A DNA stretch of 63,671 bases, the filler included, from Pelomyxa schiedti (taxonomy: Eukaryota; Protista; Evosea): NCBI GenBank assembly GCA_020536535.1. It is 10 parts of 10 records of this genome, joined end to end, with 100 filler letters (N's around TTAATTAATTAA, not from the genome) between each part and the next. Parts side by side here need not be neighbours in the genome. Positions count along the whole stretch, not along the records: positions 62,170 to 63,671 come from JAHLWZ010002462.1; 9 more parts are not named here. The stretch is one strand, 5' to 3'. Under the pieces are notes generated by a model. The model saw only the letters and a list, made by a program, of their open reading frames with translations. It was not told where the DNA came from and did not search any database. Of this stretch, positions 62,170 through 63,671 are shown piece by piece. The first letter of the stretch is position 1. The number at the start of each line of letters is the position of its first letter. A program made the translations under genes and the position numbers.

Positions 62170-62667
62170 GTTCTGTTCGAAAATGACAGCAGAAGGTTCA
62201 TGGTGCTGACTGTGGACCTGGAGAAGAGCTTCTCGACATCCTCGCTTGTGGTGGTTAAGGGGGGTGGCCCAGAGTGCTACTACACTCCAAAGGGCACCTT
62301 CTGCATGCCATACTTGTTCATGGATGTGAGTGGCAAAAGCATGAAGGTTGTGTACAAAGTTCCATCAAGCGACTATGTGAGCATGTTTTCTTTGACACTC
62401 AAGACAGGCAAAACCACCGAGGTCCACAACAGCTGCAGATATTCAAACAAGGAAAGTGACCAACTTATTCGGCTGGACTTTGGATTCCAGGATCTTTTCA
62501 CACCAGGACGAGTGTGGAACCTTGTTTGCATCAACCCACTCCTTCAGCCTGGCTTGGTTGTCTTACCACGCACAATAACAGGAGGAATGATGAGGTCTAT
62601 GAATGACACACAGACTGGAGTGGCCTTGTGCCATTGCCAGGTGCAGCCATCAACTTTCTTTCTCTGA
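62170..62667 (+). CDS. Lineage-specific beta-rich protein, C-terminal fragment
   Basis: Open frame from the contig edge to a stop at 62667; no family recognised. Confidence 0.45.
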   Translation, partial: VLFENDSRRFMVLTVDLEKSFSTSSLVVVKGGGPECYYTPKGTFCMPYLFMDVSGKSMKVVYKVPSSDYVSMFSLTLKTGKTTEVHNSCRYSNKESDQLIRLDFGFQDLFTPGRVWNLVCINPLLQPGLVVLPRTITGGMMRSMNDTQTGVALCHCQVQPSTFFL

Positions 62668-62759
62668 AATTGAAGCACCAAACAATAAGTGCGTGGCACG
62701 CAGTTTTGATATTTCTGAAAGCAGACAATTTTTTTTCGAAAACCAGCTTCATCATGGAG

Positions 62760-63671
62760 AGGTGTAGGTTGGGATTCAATGTGGCAGAGTGGAATGTAGT
62801 GTGGGTAGGTGCGCAGGAGCGAGAGTGAGAGCGAGAGATTGGTTTTTCTTTTCACAGCAGCCAGCAAGTTGCTACACCTGGGTATAAAGAAAGAAAAACA
62901 GAGAAGATACCTGCAGTTCAAGTCTGTCAAACGGGGCCTGGTTCCTTTGAGCTATTGTGTCAGGTGCTGACATTTGCTGGGCAAGAGGTGTTGGGAAGAA
63001 AAGGCATAGTGAGAATGGGAGACAAAACCTTAGTAATGTAGCTTTTTCGGAGCCGTAGTTTTTTTTGATTGCAGACCCGAGGTGCGTCTGACGAGGGCTT
63101 TGTTTATAAACATTATGCCGCAATGAAAACCGGGAGCGGGACCTGGCCAGGTGACTAGGGGCACCGCCCCCGACGGCATCCAGGGCAACAAGAACAAAGT
63201 TTTAGGCCAAGAGTGTGTTGTGGGATTGACGTGAGGGACCCGGCTGCACCTTCCAATGCCATTGACTGCCAATTGAGAGTGGTTTGTTTCGACAATCAAC
63301 CTGATCGTTTTGCTCTTCCTTAACTGTATCAAACAGCAAATGTGGCAAGTGGCCCCGTAGCCCTGAGGCAATACAATATTTAGGCCAGACCCGAAATTCA
63401 CTATTATAAAAACCATCTTCTTGGCCAGGGAGTGGTTGGAGCGTTTAGTGAGGCAAGTCTCTGTTCCGATGCGATAATTACTACAATCAATAATAACAAT
63501 AATATATTCAAAGCAACTTTCCGAGATACAGAAATTGCCATCAAAGCATGAAATAATATTAATTAATGAAAAAAAAAAGCCATTTATGAAACACTTCTCG
63601 TGATGATGATAATTAATATTATCTCCCTTTTTTTTTTCCCAGCTAACCAAAGCATAGATTTTGTGACAACC
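62760..63671 (-). CDS. Multi-exon hypothetical protein fragment
   Basis: Exon-like segments bounded by GT/AG on the minus strand; no motif recognised. Confidence 0.3.

Overview
This is intron-rich eukaryotic nuclear DNA, not prokaryotic. Most introns are short GT-AG introns of about 40-60 nt, and genes are tightly packed. Gene content and style resemble an amoebozoan, possibly an archamoeba such as Pelomyxa (inference, not verified). The window is a concatenation of 10 segments joined by artificial 100-nt N44-TTAATTAATTAA-N44 linkers, plus three 100-N gaps, so adjacency across linkers carries no meaning. Hand splicing recovers about 25 genes: GNA1, RPB9, a PTB/hnRNP-L-like protein, SLBP, STEEP1, MGAT1, syntaxin-16, a MEF2-type MADS factor, a bZIP factor, RING and TRIM ligases, an FG-nucleoporin, an Hsp110-TPR fusion and others, plus a piggyBac left end. 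The most striking item is a single spliced gene (6752-10182, minus strand) encoding Rho-like GTPase, Kelch repeats, F-box and a C-terminal Hint (Vint-type, intein-like) domain with intact Cys1 and TxxH. That is a candidate self-processing, GTPase-linked SCF substrate receptor. Also notable: an SLBP carrying a canonical eIF4E-binding motif, a prokaryotic MEDS sensory domain in an intron-containing gene, a pseudo-RhoGAP-SH3-Ras-CAAX fusion, a RhoH-like Rho-Kelch fusion, and a structured box C/D-like RNA candidate. All exon models are manual and no database searches were run.
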